Shown here: positions 46,044 through 59,028 of the stretch, piece by piece | Position numbering within the stretch: position 1 is the stretch's first letter | Layout of the letters: every line of letters begins with the position of its first letter | NCBI GenBank assembly: GCA_964187785.1 | Contig: OZ076409.1 | Location: 95,110,001 to 95,174,000 of the forward strand | Direction: 5' to 3' | DNA length: 64,000 bases | From: Amphiscolops sp. MND2022 | Lineage: Eukaryota | The notes under the pieces: model-generated | Seen by the model: the letters and a program-made list of their open reading frames with translations, nothing else | What the model was told of the DNA's origin: nothing | Database searches by the model: none | Made by a program: the position numbers and the translations under genes

Positions 46044-49000
46044 TTGAGTTGAATAAAGTAAAACAGAATGTATGATTTTAAATCAAAAAGGGTCCCCGTT
46101 TTACATGCTTCGGCACTATGCGACATTTTTCGAAAAAAATTCAAAAACTTCAAGTTTTTTTCCAATAAGTATGCGCATTTTGAGCCTTAGATAGAGCGCC
46201 GACTTTAGACATTTTCGTCTTGTTTCTTCAGACTACAGATAATTGGGTTTACTAGTTGGCAACCCTGGAGCAATCCCCAATTACTGATGAATATTCCAGC
46301 CAATTCAACGTTGATTCCAATCGAGCAGTATGCAAGGCGAGATTATGTCAGAATCTTCTTAGTGAAAGAAGAAGCCGACGAGAATGTCTACCAAAGAGTC
46401 GCCAAAGTTGCTATGAAAGTAAGACACCAAATTCCAGAAAAATATCAGCATATGTCACCGGGTACATAGCAGAAACTTGAAACAAGATGAAGGGCGCCCT
46501 ATCATTGTGAAATTTGTACGCAGACTAACAAAAAGTGAGCTGATGGCGAACCAAAAATCACTGAATGATTTTGAAGAAAAAATCTTTATCAACGACGACA
46601 TCACTCTGTTGAGGATGCCATTAGCCAAAGCGTTAAGATTGCGAGCCAATATCAAAGTTCATGTGGTCATGTTAAATGAGAAAGTGGTCAATTATGAAAC
46701 TGATGAATCTATAAATTACTTTTGCGAAACTGTTCAAGCTATATGATAGGGATCCAGATTTCATTAATCTTGATTGCAAGACGAGCTTACATTTTTGTTA
46801 GATGCCCTCTCACTTATACACTAAATCGTAAACTATTACAGCGTAAAGGTGAAGAAAATTGCAAAACTGTTACCTCTGATAATGTTGAACACGAATGGAG
46901 TCTGCACCTTAAATGTGAGATCAAACAACCTCCACTTTGAGGAACTGGAAACATTGATAGAATCTTTTGGGGTGAATGAACTATAACCAGTTTGCTGTCG
47001 GAAACGTTGATGGTTGAATCATCCACTGGAGACCTTTATGTCTTAGATAATTATGCACCAATGAAGTTTCAACCAGGAACAACTAGAAATGAAGGTGTGG
47101 CAATATACGTTCATGAATCACTCTTTTGAAATTATAGAATTTGGCACTGGAATTGATTTGAATTACATTGCAATTAGTTGTACCAATCTAAAAATGTAGT
47201 TTTTTTATACAGTTCCCCTCGGTCACTAGACAGTACTTCTAGCACTTCGAAGTTCTTGAAAGTTGTTGTCAGATGAGCAACTGTTTTCTTGTTGGTGACA
47301 TGAATATCGATCTACTTGATTTACATCTCAAACTGACTTCTTGATCACATAGTGCATAATGATTGTCTAAGCAAAATCTTGAGTTTGGTGTAATCAAAAC
47401 CAGTATTACAGGTCATTTTGCAACTCATGTCTATATCGATATAACAAGATCTCAATCCATTCGTTTTCAATAAACCAGTGCAACAATGCCATTCCTTCGA
47501 ATTGGGTATCACAAAGAAAAATACTGAAACTACTTAAGCAATTGTCTGGAACTTTCAACTTTAGAACAGGACGTTGATAGGTTAACTCAAAGTCTGGCAG
47601 ATGCAATCACAACAGCAAACAATATTTTCACTTTAAAAAAACTCGCAAAAGCAAATAAAACTTGGTCCGACAAAGATGTAAAGAAAAGCATAAGCCGACG
47701 AAATTTCCCGTTTAACAGATACAACCGATATCGCACTCCGTCGAACAAAACTAAATACACTAAATTGAGAAATCGCGTCTGCGAACTCCTGCGGTCGAAG
47801 AAACGAGAATACTTTAATGATCGACTTACCCGGCTCTTGAATTCGCCAAAACGCTTTTTCAATGAAGTGAATCGACTTACTGGTGGACTGATGAGAAGTT
47901 CAATGCCGTATCAACGTGTTCAATGAAATCTTCAAAATTGTTCGAATCCTTAAGAACCATAAAACGGCCGGATTAGATGGGCTAACTGCTGAAATTCTAA
48001 AGGTTAGCCTTGATGTGATCTGTAATAGACTGACCTACCTTGTCAACGATTCGTTATCAAGTTTTGTTTTCCCGAAGATTTTGAAAGCTGAGAAAGTGGT
48101 TCCAATCTTCAAGTCGCATTTGAGCAGAAAAGCAATTGTGAGAATTAAAGATCCATATCAATTTTATCGGTTCTGAGCAAAATCTTTGAGCGGGTAGTTT
48201 TCGAAAGACTGTTTAAATTCATGCAAGTAAACAATATTTTCTTTTGTCGTCAATTCGGATTCAGATCAAAAATGAATACATTGCAAGCACTAGCGGATAT
48301 AACGGAACTGATACCGAATAATACCCATCTTGATGTATCCTGTATGCTATTAGACCTAAGAAAAGCGTTTGATTTAAATTTATGATAATTCCAAAGCTGT
48401 TCTATTTTTCTGGAGGCTCGAATATGATTGGCAACCAGCATTCTCACTCGAAATGGAAAAGACCTTCACATGGACCAAAAGTATGTCACTACTTCAAAGG
48501 TCCCCTTCTTTTGAGTTGAATAAAGTAAAACAGAATGTATGATTTTAAATCAAAAAGGGTCCCCGTTTTACATGCTTCGGCACTATGCGACATTTTTCGA
48601 AAAAAATTCAAAAACTTCAAGTTTTTTTTCCAATAAGTATGCGCATTTTGAGCCTTAGATAGAGCGCCGACTTTAGACATTTTCGTCTTGTTTCTTCAGA
48701 CTACAGATAATTGGGTTTACTAGTTGGCAACCCTGGAGCAATCCCCAATTACTGATGAATATTCCAGCCAATTCAACGTTGATTCCAATCGAGCAGTATG
48801 CAAGGCGAGATTATGTCAGAATCTTCTTAGTGAAAGAAGAAGCCGACGAGAATGTCTACCAAAGAGTCGCCAAAGTTGCTATGAAAGTAAGACACCAAAT
48901 TCCAGAAAAATATCAGCATATGTCACCGGGTACATAGCAGAAACTTGAAACAAGATGAAGGGCGCCCTATCATTGTGAAATTTGTACGCAGACTAACAAA

Positions 49001-50979
49001 AAGTGAGCTGATGGCGAACCAAATATCACTGAATGATTTTGAAGAAAAAATCTTTATCAACGACGACATCACTCTGTTGAGGATGCCATTAGCCAAAGCG
49101 TTAAGATTGCGAGCCAATATCAAAGTTCATGTGGTCATGTTAAATGAGAAAGTGGTCAATTATGAAACTGATGAATCTATAAATTACTTTTGCGAAACTG
49201 TTCAAGCTATATGATAGGGATCCAGATTTCATTAATCTTGATTGCAAGACGAGCTTACATTTTTGTTAGATGCCCTCTCACTTATACACTAAATCGTAAA
49301 CTACAGCGTAAAGGTGAAGAAAATTGCAAAACTGTTACCTCTGATAATGTTGAACACGAATGGAGTCTGCACCTTAAATGTGAGATCAAACAACCTCCAC
49401 TTTGAGGAACTGGAAACATTGATAGAATCTTTTGGAGTGAATGAACTATAACCAGTTTGCTGTCGGAAACGTTGATGGTTGAATCATCCACTGGAGACCT
49501 TTATGTCTTAGATAATTATGCACCAATGAAGTTTCAACCAGGAACAACTAGAAATGAAGGTGTGGCAATATACGTTCATGAATCACTCTTTTGAAATTAT
49601 AGAATTTGGCACTGGAATTGATTTGAATTACATTGCAATTAGTTGTACCAATCTAAAAATGTAGTTTGTTTATACAGTTCCCCTCGGTCACTAGACAGTA
49701 CTTCTAGCACTTCGAAGTTCTTGAAAGTTGTTGTCAGATGAGCAACTGTTTTCTTGTTGGTGACATGAATATCGATCTACTTGATTTACATCTCAAACTG
49801 ACTTCTTGATCACATAGTGCATAATGATTGTCTAAGCAAAATCTTGAGTTTGGTGTAATCAAAACCAGTATTACAGGTCATTTTGCAACTCATGTCTATA
49901 TCGATATAACAAGATCTCAATCCATTCGTTTTCAATAAACCAGTGCAACAATGCCATTCCTTCGAATTGGGTATCACAAAGAAAAATACTGAAACTACTT
50001 AAGCAATTGTCTGGAACTTTCAACTTTAGAACAGGACGTTGATAGGTTAACTCAAAGTCTGGCAGATGCAATCACAACAGCAAACAATATTTTCACTTTA
50101 AAAAAACTCGCAAAAGCAAATAAAACTTGGTCCGACAAAGATGTAAAGAAAAGCATAAGCCGACGAAATTTCCCGTTTAACAGATACAACCGATATCGCA
50201 CTCCGTCGAACAAAACTAAATACACTAAATTGAGAAATCGCGTCTGCGAACTCCTGCGGTCGAAGAAACGAGAATACTTTAATGATCGACTTACCCGGCT
50301 CTTGAATTCGCCAAAACGCTTTTTCAATGAAGTGAATCGACTTACTGGTGGACTGATTAGAAGTTCAATGCCGTATCAACGTGTTCAATGAAATCTTCAA
50401 AATTGTTCGAATCCTTAAGAACCATAAAACGGCCGGATTAGATGGGCTAACTGCTGAAATTCTAAAGGTTAGCCTTGATGTGATCTGTAATAGACTGACC
50501 TACCTTGTCAACGATTCGTTATCAAGTTTTGTTTTCCCGAAGATTTTGAAAGCTGAGAAAGTGGTTCCAATCTTCAAGTCGCATTTGAGCAGAAAAGCAA
50601 TTGTGAGAATTAAAGATCCATATCAATTTTATCGGTTCTGAGCAAAATCTTTGAGCGGGTAGTTTTCGAAAGACTGTTTAAATTCATGCAAGTAAACAAT
50701 ATTTTCTTTTGTCGTCAATTCGGATTCAGATCAAAAATGAATACATTGCAAGCACTAGCGGATATAACGGAACTGATACCGAATAATACCCATCTTGATG
50801 TATACTGTATGCTATTAGACCTAAGAAAAGCGTTTGATTTAAATTTTTGATAATTCCAAATCTGTTCTATTTTTCTGGAGGCTCGAATATGATTTGCAAC
50901 CAGCATTCTCACTCGAAATGGAAAAGACCTTCATATGGACCAAAAGTATGTCACTACTTCAAAGGTCCCCTTCTTTTGA
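46044..50979. repeat. Direct tandem duplication, unit about 2467 bp (46044-48510 and 48511-50975)
   Basis: Near-identical copies with few SNPs and small indels; TTGA present at all three breakpoints (46044, 48511, 50976). Confidence 0.95.
46310..48380 (+). pseudogene. Decayed CR1/L2-like LINE (ORF1 RRM, endonuclease and N-terminal RT remnants); second copy about 48780-50845
   Basis: Fragments across frameshifts: IEQYARR, RPIIVKF, IFINDDIT, LNVRS, LSET, VGDMNIDL, KTAGLDGL, VVPIFK, LSKIFERV, QFGFR, LLDLRKAFD. Confidence 0.85.
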
Positions 50980-52330
50980 AAAGCAACCAGTTTCTGTAGC
51001 GAATCGAGTCACGGAAGTACTGGAAGTGATAACTGTTTACCAATGGTTTCACGTTAATTCCACTGAAACCTTGCGCAACCAGGAACGAGAGGTTTGCCGC
51101 CTGCCAAAGCACGTCTCGGAGTGTTGATTGCAAAAACCTAGCTTTTCGAAAACCTCCGAAGATTTGAACTAAACTGAATCAAGCTAAACCCCATACGAGC
51201 GGAGAAAAACTGAAATAGCCTTCGCAATGCTGCCTGCACATTCAATCTGTGATAACATACCTTTCCAAAAGGCATAAATTGTGCTAATACGAGAAACTCC
51301 TGCGAATTGGAGCTTACATGGTAAAAACTACCGTGTATAATTGTGTATACCCGTTAGGCGTACCAAATACGTCTTTCATACTTGGTTCAGATCGATTTTT
51401 TGCTAGTGAAAAAGCATTCTTTTCAAGTCCTCGCGACGTATCAGTAAGCCTAAAACCGCTCAGTCATCTTCCTTCATTGTACCAAACTCTTTTGTAAGAG
51501 CTTCCGGACGAACAAAAAACTAGAGAAGCAAACGATTGATGTGAAACAACCCATCATACAGAAAACCCGTCATCCTTTGATCAGGTTACTGTTGCAACAC
51601 TTCGATGTCACCATTGTCATGGAGTCTACTGTTTGAGAGCGTTTGAACAAGTTGGTCTACTTAAGCTGAAAATAGCCCTGAGAATCAGTGTTTTGGCTTT
51701 TATACATTGTCACAAAAAGTAAAAGTCTGAACTTTTAATGATGGACCTACCGAGACTTGCTTTCAAAGAATCTTCGTTCACTGACATTGACTATTCCGGA
51801 TCTTTCTTTGTATTTTTCAAGCGTTTTATAAAACACGTTGACGTTTCGTTTTAACATGCCTCAAGTCGTCCTCCGAAAATGTCACAGGATTGGAAACAAG
51901 TAGCTGTTTGATTGAAATTGAAAGTTACTGTGCCTCTTCGTGACATTTCCTCCGTTGTTTGGTTGGAAAATATGACAACTGTTGTGGCCAGTGACAAGGA
52001 TTTGCTGTTGAGCATCGAGAAATGGATTCAACAATTTGTCTGCGAAACATTCGTGATATTAAGAAAAAAGTTGAAGTTTTTCCACTGCTCTCCATTACGT
52101 AGGTAATGGGGAACGAGTGTTACGGAGCTCTGAACATGTTTTCCTTAAAGTCTTCGGAAGTTGCATCTTGACGGGCGAAATCTTGGTGACAACGTTCTGC
52201 CTGATAGTACTAGGTCTCAATGCACGTGAAATTACACCCGTTAGTAGTGATTCTATAGACCTAGACGCACAAATCCCAAAACAATTCGTTTGCAACGGTC
52301 AGTTCAACGTTCCCCGTTCACTTTCCCACA
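50900..52330 (+). pseudogene. Decayed Bel/Pao LTR-retrotransposon pol (RNase H-integrase) relic
   Basis: Degenerate motifs in Pao order: KQPVSVANRVTEVLE...QWFHV, DVKQPII, DIDYSG.F, ERVLRS, EILVTTFCLIV.GLNAR.ITPVSSD..DL. Confidence 0.75.
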
Positions 52331-54416
52331 TTGCCCACTCACTCATCACAAACTAGACCATCAAAATCCGGAAGTCTTGTTTGAATAGATGAGCCCGCCG
52401 CCCCCAGAGGACACTATCCGCGTGACCATATAGTGACCGTAGACTTTGGAACCGATGCCGTTGCAGGATCAGTCGAAACCAAGTTATCATCCGGTAATTT
52501 CGTTCGTCCCCTTGTCAAACTCGCTCCCGTACCCCTCATTCGCGAACATAAATGTTTCTATTTTTTGTCATGTAGTCAGTTTTCAAGTAACATGTAAAAA
52601 AATTGATGAAAAATGTTTTTTGTTTGTTGAAATTGTTTCGCCGCATCTTCTTGGGCCCGCAGGAAGTTGGTAAGCAACGAAAATCAGGTTGAAGACAATT
52701 GATTTTTCATTCATTCCGAAACAGTTTGGCCAAATAGGATGCGTGCTAGCTTTCGAGACATAATTTTGCCGGTTCGAATCCTAATATCAGCTACCAGCTA
52801 TGTTTAATAATGTTGAAACAGAACAAAGTAAGTCGCTGTTTTTTAAATGACCTTGAAAAAGACATGGCTTTTTGCGTTTAATGATGTTTGTATTTTTGTT
52901 AATGTTCCTTTTGCTGTTTCACATAATTATTGGATTACGCTGCAAAAATTCTGCTGTGAATTGTCTTTGCAATTGGACTATAGAAATAATCGAATGAACA
53001 TGGCATAGAAGGCCTATTCCTATAGCTACATTTTATCAGAAAATGGGCAAGAAAGAAAAAACAAACGAAATATAACAAAAAGCAATCAACTTTATTCAGG
53101 ACGTCGAACGTATCAGGAGAATCTAGTCGGTATTGCTTGTATTTTCCCCAGAGGATTCACAGTGGGCCAGACTTGAACAAGCTAGACAACCCAGTTCATT
53201 AAGGGCACGAACAACATCTAAGGAATGAACTTGTTCAGGGCGAAACATCTAAATTTCCATATCTAAAGACAGAAAAAGAACATGACATGGCTTCACACTT
53301 TATGTGAACGTGTCCTGAAACCAAAAAACTTCCTGGGACAACCGTTTAAAACCAAGTACTTAAAAAACATGACGTTTTGAGACTCCAGCTACCTGAGGAT
53401 CCATCTGTAGTATTTTTCTGGTACCCATGCAGCAGTTTTTCAGGGAAGATGACTATCAACGAAAAGTCTCTTGTTTCCGGTGACTCATCGGATGCGTTGG
53501 GTCACCTTCTTTGCTCAGTTCGCGTCAGAGATAGTTCAATCAAGATGTCGAAAGCATCAAAGCTAGCGACTCTCCTTCTAAAGAGCTTTGGGTGATCTCG
53601 GACACTTTGAAACAAAAGTAAGTGGAAGGGCTGTGGGGTTAAGGAAAAATTTAAACTCGGTCAGTGATCATTCAGCTTATTAATTGAAAAGTCGGTGAAA
53701 ATCAATGAATTCAGAAAAAGTTAAAAATTCAATATTTCAAAATATTTTCAAAAGAGAACAATTAACATTCTGTAGTTTGTTGGAGAAATACTTTGCCTCC
53801 CACTGGAAATATTGTTACCTCCGTCACTACATACTCCTTTTTTAGTACGGCTGTTCTGGGTATAGATAAAGATTCGAGAGCCAAATTTGCGAGTACCGGA
53901 AATTGAACCTGATTTTCCTACATAGCATCCTAAAAATAGCCAATAAGAATTGAGATTGATTCATTGACTGGAATTTTTCAGCGCTGATGAAACCAATGAA
54001 TTAATGTATTCATTAGTTTTCAATGAAATATCAATTAATCTCACACCCCTAGTAAGTGGGTTTTGTTTTTCTTAGTTGCCGGAACGGTAGCGTTTCCAAA
54101 CTTGTTGTCGAAAACATGCTTACTCTCTGCAGTTTCCAAGAGCCACATGGGTTTTTTGAAGTATTGCTTGCCCAAGACGAGGCAACATGAACGGGTAGGA
54201 ATGATACTCACGAATCATAGTCAAAGCGTGACTGCTCAATTCGCTGTTGTATCGTTGATCAATTTTTTGATGAAACACAAGTTTCTCAAACTTGAACTTT
54301 TCCATTTTTCTTTCGAAAAAAGAAGGAATTGCAAAAGCAAACTTGCATACAACGTGACGCTAAAAGGTGGCGCGAAGGTGCATTGAAACTCACCAGGAAT
54401 GCGTACAATCAGAAAA

Positions 54417-54841
54417 GACAAGCTGGGAACGGCCCAATTCGGCGCCATACCTAAGGCTCAAAAATAGCACAAGGACTTCAAAGTGTCAAAGAATCTCTTC
54501 TACAGTACCAGGAAAACCAAAAAGTTGGACCGAACTGCGCTCGCTAAAAGGGGGGACCGTTTTGGATTTTTTAACATCCGTTCTGTTGCAAACTATCAAA
54601 GAAAATATGGAGACATTAAAACGATGAAAAAAGTATCACAATGCCGAAAAAAATTGAAAGGGGGACCCTTTAGTCTCGCCCGGTATTGTATGTTATGCTG
54701 AAAAAAAGGAACAACCTTTATAATTCAGTTCCTTGTGTCAAATGGTCCAATATGGCATCTTAAAATTTCGTAAAACTTTGTAGAACAATTCTGGTCAGTT
54801 ATTTTGGATTGAAAAAAAAAAGAGTCACAGGTATAGTCGCG
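54417..54841 (-). mobile_element. HINE-like family A copy, truncated in its terminal hairpin
   Basis: acaagctgggaacggcccaattcggcgcc start; breaks off at tatagtcgcg. Confidence 0.7.
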
Positions 54842-55507
54842 ACAATGGGATGGGCTGTAAAATCAAGTAGCAGCTGGCAGCAGCGCAACGACGTTGATGA
54901 CAAGACCCCCGATATAAAGAGAGGAGGCTCGCACGGATTGTAAGACGCGTTGGGTACCTTGTGCAATGGAGTGATGGTGTGCGCGAAACGCTCGCTGTAC
55001 TAGGTGATGCAACGCATAAGGAACATGCAATGTTTCACTGGCGACTGGAAAGACTTACTGATTGGCTGAGGAGCAGATCATCCGAGCCCGCAAACGTTTT
55101 TCTTTGATTCCACGGTTCAAGCAACACGCCACGTCATAGACTGCAAGAACGAATTGTCCAATGCAACGGTGGTAGGTTGTATAGCCGAACAGTAATAATG
55201 CCGAACAAATTTATAGCATAACCGAATCGCTTTCTTAATTGTGGTTGGTCGCTCCGTTCGTGAGTGAGCTTTGAATGATGAAACAATTATGTAACTTTGC
55301 AATCGGTCAGAGTAACTGGAAGTCGACGTAAAAGTTAGTTTATTTCGTCGTTCAATCAGATTTGAGTGGACCGTGAACTGGGTCTCGTTACGGATAGAGT
55401 AATATACTTTCCGTTGCCAAACGACCTTCGGACTTTTGTTTGCGGGGACTGAAGGATGCGGGCTAAAGGCCTGTGTTTGGGGAAAATGCATTAAATATAT
55501 TTAATAA

Positions 55508-56440
55508 ATGTATTTAATTCATAATCGGGATGACTTGGAAAATTTTTTAAAAATTGCAAGAATCAAAATCTTTACTACGCAAAGAAAGATTAAAAGAGAA
55601 ACTAGCGAAGCAAGACTTTCATTACGACCTTGAAGAAGTCTTTGATCCTGTTACTGCAAAGCAGGCGGAAGCTACTGAAAACCAAATTCAAACACTACGT
55701 GATTCCTCTTAAACAACAAGACAGGCAATCGAAAATCAGACAAGAGCATAACAAGAAAGTAGCAACATTTTGCATAAAAACTTACAAAAATCTATTGAAC
55801 AGGGAATACAAGAAAATGATGAAATTACAAATCGTGGTAATCAGCATCTTACGAGTCTTGTTATTTCCAATCAAGTTGATTCTAGTATTGTAAAGACAGT
55901 TTTAAACCTTCTTAATGGCAAAAACAAAAGTCAATTTAGTTTAGAACCAATTACGCAAAGCAATCCAAATTTATTCACAATTAACCCCTCCAATCCACCA
56001 CCTGTAATAATCGAAGGTTCAACGATGACTTTCCAGAATGAGCATTCATACGATCTAAATGACCCAGATCTTCAATATTTTATAACTATATAAAAATTGA
56101 TAGAGAAATAAGTAACGTGAACATAATTTTTAATTTCTTAAATGATATGCAATATAACATAAATTATGGGGATAAAAAATCAATCAGATTTTATTCCATT
56201 AAAAAATTGATTAGTCAATACTATCAACAATCCCATAGGGACAACAATCAATTGGGAAGTGGTTTCGTCTTCCTCCCATCTGATGCAGACTTACTAGTGG
56301 ATCGACTAAAACTACTTCATTTTGAAAAAGTAGGAGGAAATGACAGTTTTCTACTCAATGAACAAATGATAGCAATTGCAGATAAACTATTAGAGCATGA
56401 ATGAATTACACCTTCCCAAAACCAAAATATGCGAAGCACT
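55508..56440 (+). pseudogene. Polinton-associated protein of unknown function (frameshifted)
   Basis: Fragments KQDFHYDLEEVFDPVT ... GSGFVFLPSDADLLVDRLKLL...GN...NEQM.AI.DKL resemble a motif recalled from Polinton accessory ORFs. Confidence 0.55.
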
Positions 56441-56499
56441 TTTGATGGCACAGTTTAAAAAGCACAGGTTAAAAAGGATCCGTTTGTGGATTAAAGATC

Positions 56500-57499
56500 T
56501 TGTACTTTGGATTTGATTCATTGCAAATCCTGTACCTACTCCAATTTTTATCTTCCAATCTATTTAATAATAAATAACTTTATTATCTTTCCATGCCTCT
56601 CTGCACAAATTTTTGAATTCATCATAAGACATATCAAAACCAGCTATGTCTCTATAAATGTGTTCTACATCTTTCAAGGTTTGTTAGAATAAAATTATTA
56701 TATTCGAATTGTTTCTAATTGTCTTTTTTGGTTCATCGAACTAACTTTGACTTAAATAATAAACATCACAAAACTTGTGTCTTCCTTTAGTAAAAAATGG
56801 TTCAATCAATTTCTGATTGGAGTGTAACATATCATCAAATACTACACAACAACCCCGGTATATTTGCAAATCCTCCACATTTTCTTCCACACTTACGTCT
56901 CGCAATACTCCACCAACTTCAATGAATTCGTAATGTTCCGGACTCCTCGTAATGATACGAATTTGTCTCTCTGGATCTTCCAAACGAATCAATCGCAATT
57001 TATTCAACAGCAAAAGAGTCTTACCACAAAATGATGGACCAACTATTAATGTCTTATTGTTCTCATTATCGGCATCATTCCCGCTATTACAAGCAACTCC
57101 GGAAGGACCTCCGGAATCACCTCCGGAAACACCAACGCAAGCAGCGATGGATGGGGCATTATAAACACCACTTCCAGTACCACTACCATTATACCGTTGT
57201 TGCTGTATGTGCCATTGCATACGCGGTTGATAATTGTGCTGCAAATAATTGTGTTGCATGTGCTGCTCCTTGACGTGTGACCTTAAATAACTTTTATTCA
57301 ATTCCCTATTTAAAAAATTCACACCTTACTTTTTTATTGAAACATACTTTACAAGTACTGTACATTTTACCATTTTTATACAAATAAAAGTCTGTTTTAG
57401 AGCCTACTTCATCTCATTACAGTCCCTACATCTTTATTTATTACTGCCATCATCACACAGTGATTTTTCACTACTTTCATAACAAATTAGGCACTTCAT
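56500..57499 (-). pseudogene. A32/FtsK-HerA-like packaging ATPase 1 with an N-terminal Cys/His zinc-finger-like region
   Basis: Walker A IVGPSFCGKT, Walker B VVFDD, KGRH, YLSQS, TIRNNS. Upstream fragments CRDC, CKVC and CEF...LRSHVKEQH. Confidence 0.8.
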
Positions 57500-57829
57500 T
57501 TTTTTAGTGAAAAAATCACTGAGAGTCACTAAATTTTCACCAATCTTCTCTAATTTTTTCTAAGCAAAGGATCACTAATTTTCTCTAATTTTCCTTAAAA
57601 AAACTCTCAACTCCTCTAAGAGCTTTTCAGATGAGTGCAGAGAGCTCCTCATAGAGAATCTTAGAGAAATTATATGCTCTTGGAGAAGTTTGGAGGAAAC
57701 TAGAGAATCTTAGAGAAGTTTAGAGATCACTAAGAATTCACTCAAATTCTATAAGAAATCACCAATTACTCATAGTTTCTTCAAATATCTCTAAACTTCT
57801 CTAAGAATTATTTCCCCACCTTAACCTGT

Positions 57830-59005
57830 CTCTTGCTGTAATTGATTGCATGATCATATATAATTTTCTTGAAGTCCTCTTTTACTGAATCACTAATCAG
57901 TGGTTGTTGCATACGCTCGGTGTAGTTGTCTAATTTGGATTCATTCACTTTGGATTTATGTTATTTTGTTTACAATTCTCCACATAATAAAAAGCTACGT
58001 TTTATGGTGTTATTTCAATTGTCTGGTCAGACATCTCCTCTAAAAACACCTTGGGTTTGTGGTTTTCCCCACCATTGAAGAAATAACATTCATAAGCAAC
58101 GTAATCCTCCGACACTCCACTTGTTGCGCTTACTAGAATCATAAATTAAATTGTACTTGTGGTTTAGTACTTTGTATTTCTGACTACGGGTGTCAAATTT
58201 AATTATCCCAAATTCTAACTGATCACGGTGTTGTTTCCATTTTGGCAAAACACGGGCAGCTTCGCCTCCATCCTTGATTGAATAGGTTTGTACAATTGAC
58301 TCAAAAGTTATCTAGGTTATCAATTGTTAAATACAACTTGAGGCAGTTTTCTCTCACTATTGGGAGAACATCCTTTGCATAGTGAGCTAAATATATCACC
58401 TGGATAATATAATGTCTACCAAACTGGAATAAGTCTTCTACTTTTGTTTTAGAACTTTTGTATGCACCAGCATCATCCAGTATTACCGTTTTATTAGCAA
58501 GTGGTTCAATACCTATTTTTTCTAACTGTAACAGTGGAATAAAGTTTTGTTCATGAAACTCAGTAGTCTCGTCCGAATACTAAGCAATCGGATTTGCGTA
58601 ATATCTGTGTTAAATAATGCCTTGAAAAAGATGTCTTCCCGACCCACTACTTCCAAGTATTAAAAAATGAGAGTTAGTATTTCCAATTGGTGGAGCAAGT
58701 TGTTGATTTTCTTAGGCCTCAATTTCTTGGCTTGTGAGATGAGAGTATTTGAACCCTTGAAATAGTAGTAGTTTTTTATAAATTTTTTTATACCAATTAG
58801 GACGAACGTTATACCAATATATCATAGATGCAATAAATATAACAAAATTAAAAATGTAATAAACATTGAATTCGTAAAGATTGGTTTTATACGGCCTCGT
58901 ATCTTCTGATACAAGGGTAATTTTGTTTCCGGCGTCAAGACTGCTCCCGCCTTCGGGTTTGTTTTCGCCACTGTTCCCGTCATTCATATAATAATCAATA
59001 TCCAT
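57830..59005 (-). pseudogene. A32-like ATPase 2, in frame with an upstream hydrophobic (TM-like) segment
   Basis: Manual translation gives HFLILGSSGSG(KT, 1-nt deletion), TVILDDAG, FQFGRH, VIYLAH and IVRENC. The 58712-59005 ORF continues past a single TAA (GCC TAA GAA AAT CAA) into this frame. Confidence 0.7.
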
Positions 59006-59028
59006 TTATTTAGACAAAAATGTTTTAA

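Noticed and set aside
53090..53620. Coding-like segment on the minus strand
   Set aside because: Interrupted frames and no recognisable motif.
54866..54874. AGTAGC as the Polinton terminal AGTAGT motif
   Set aside because: Imperfect match, and the opposite terminus is outside the window, so it cannot be verified.
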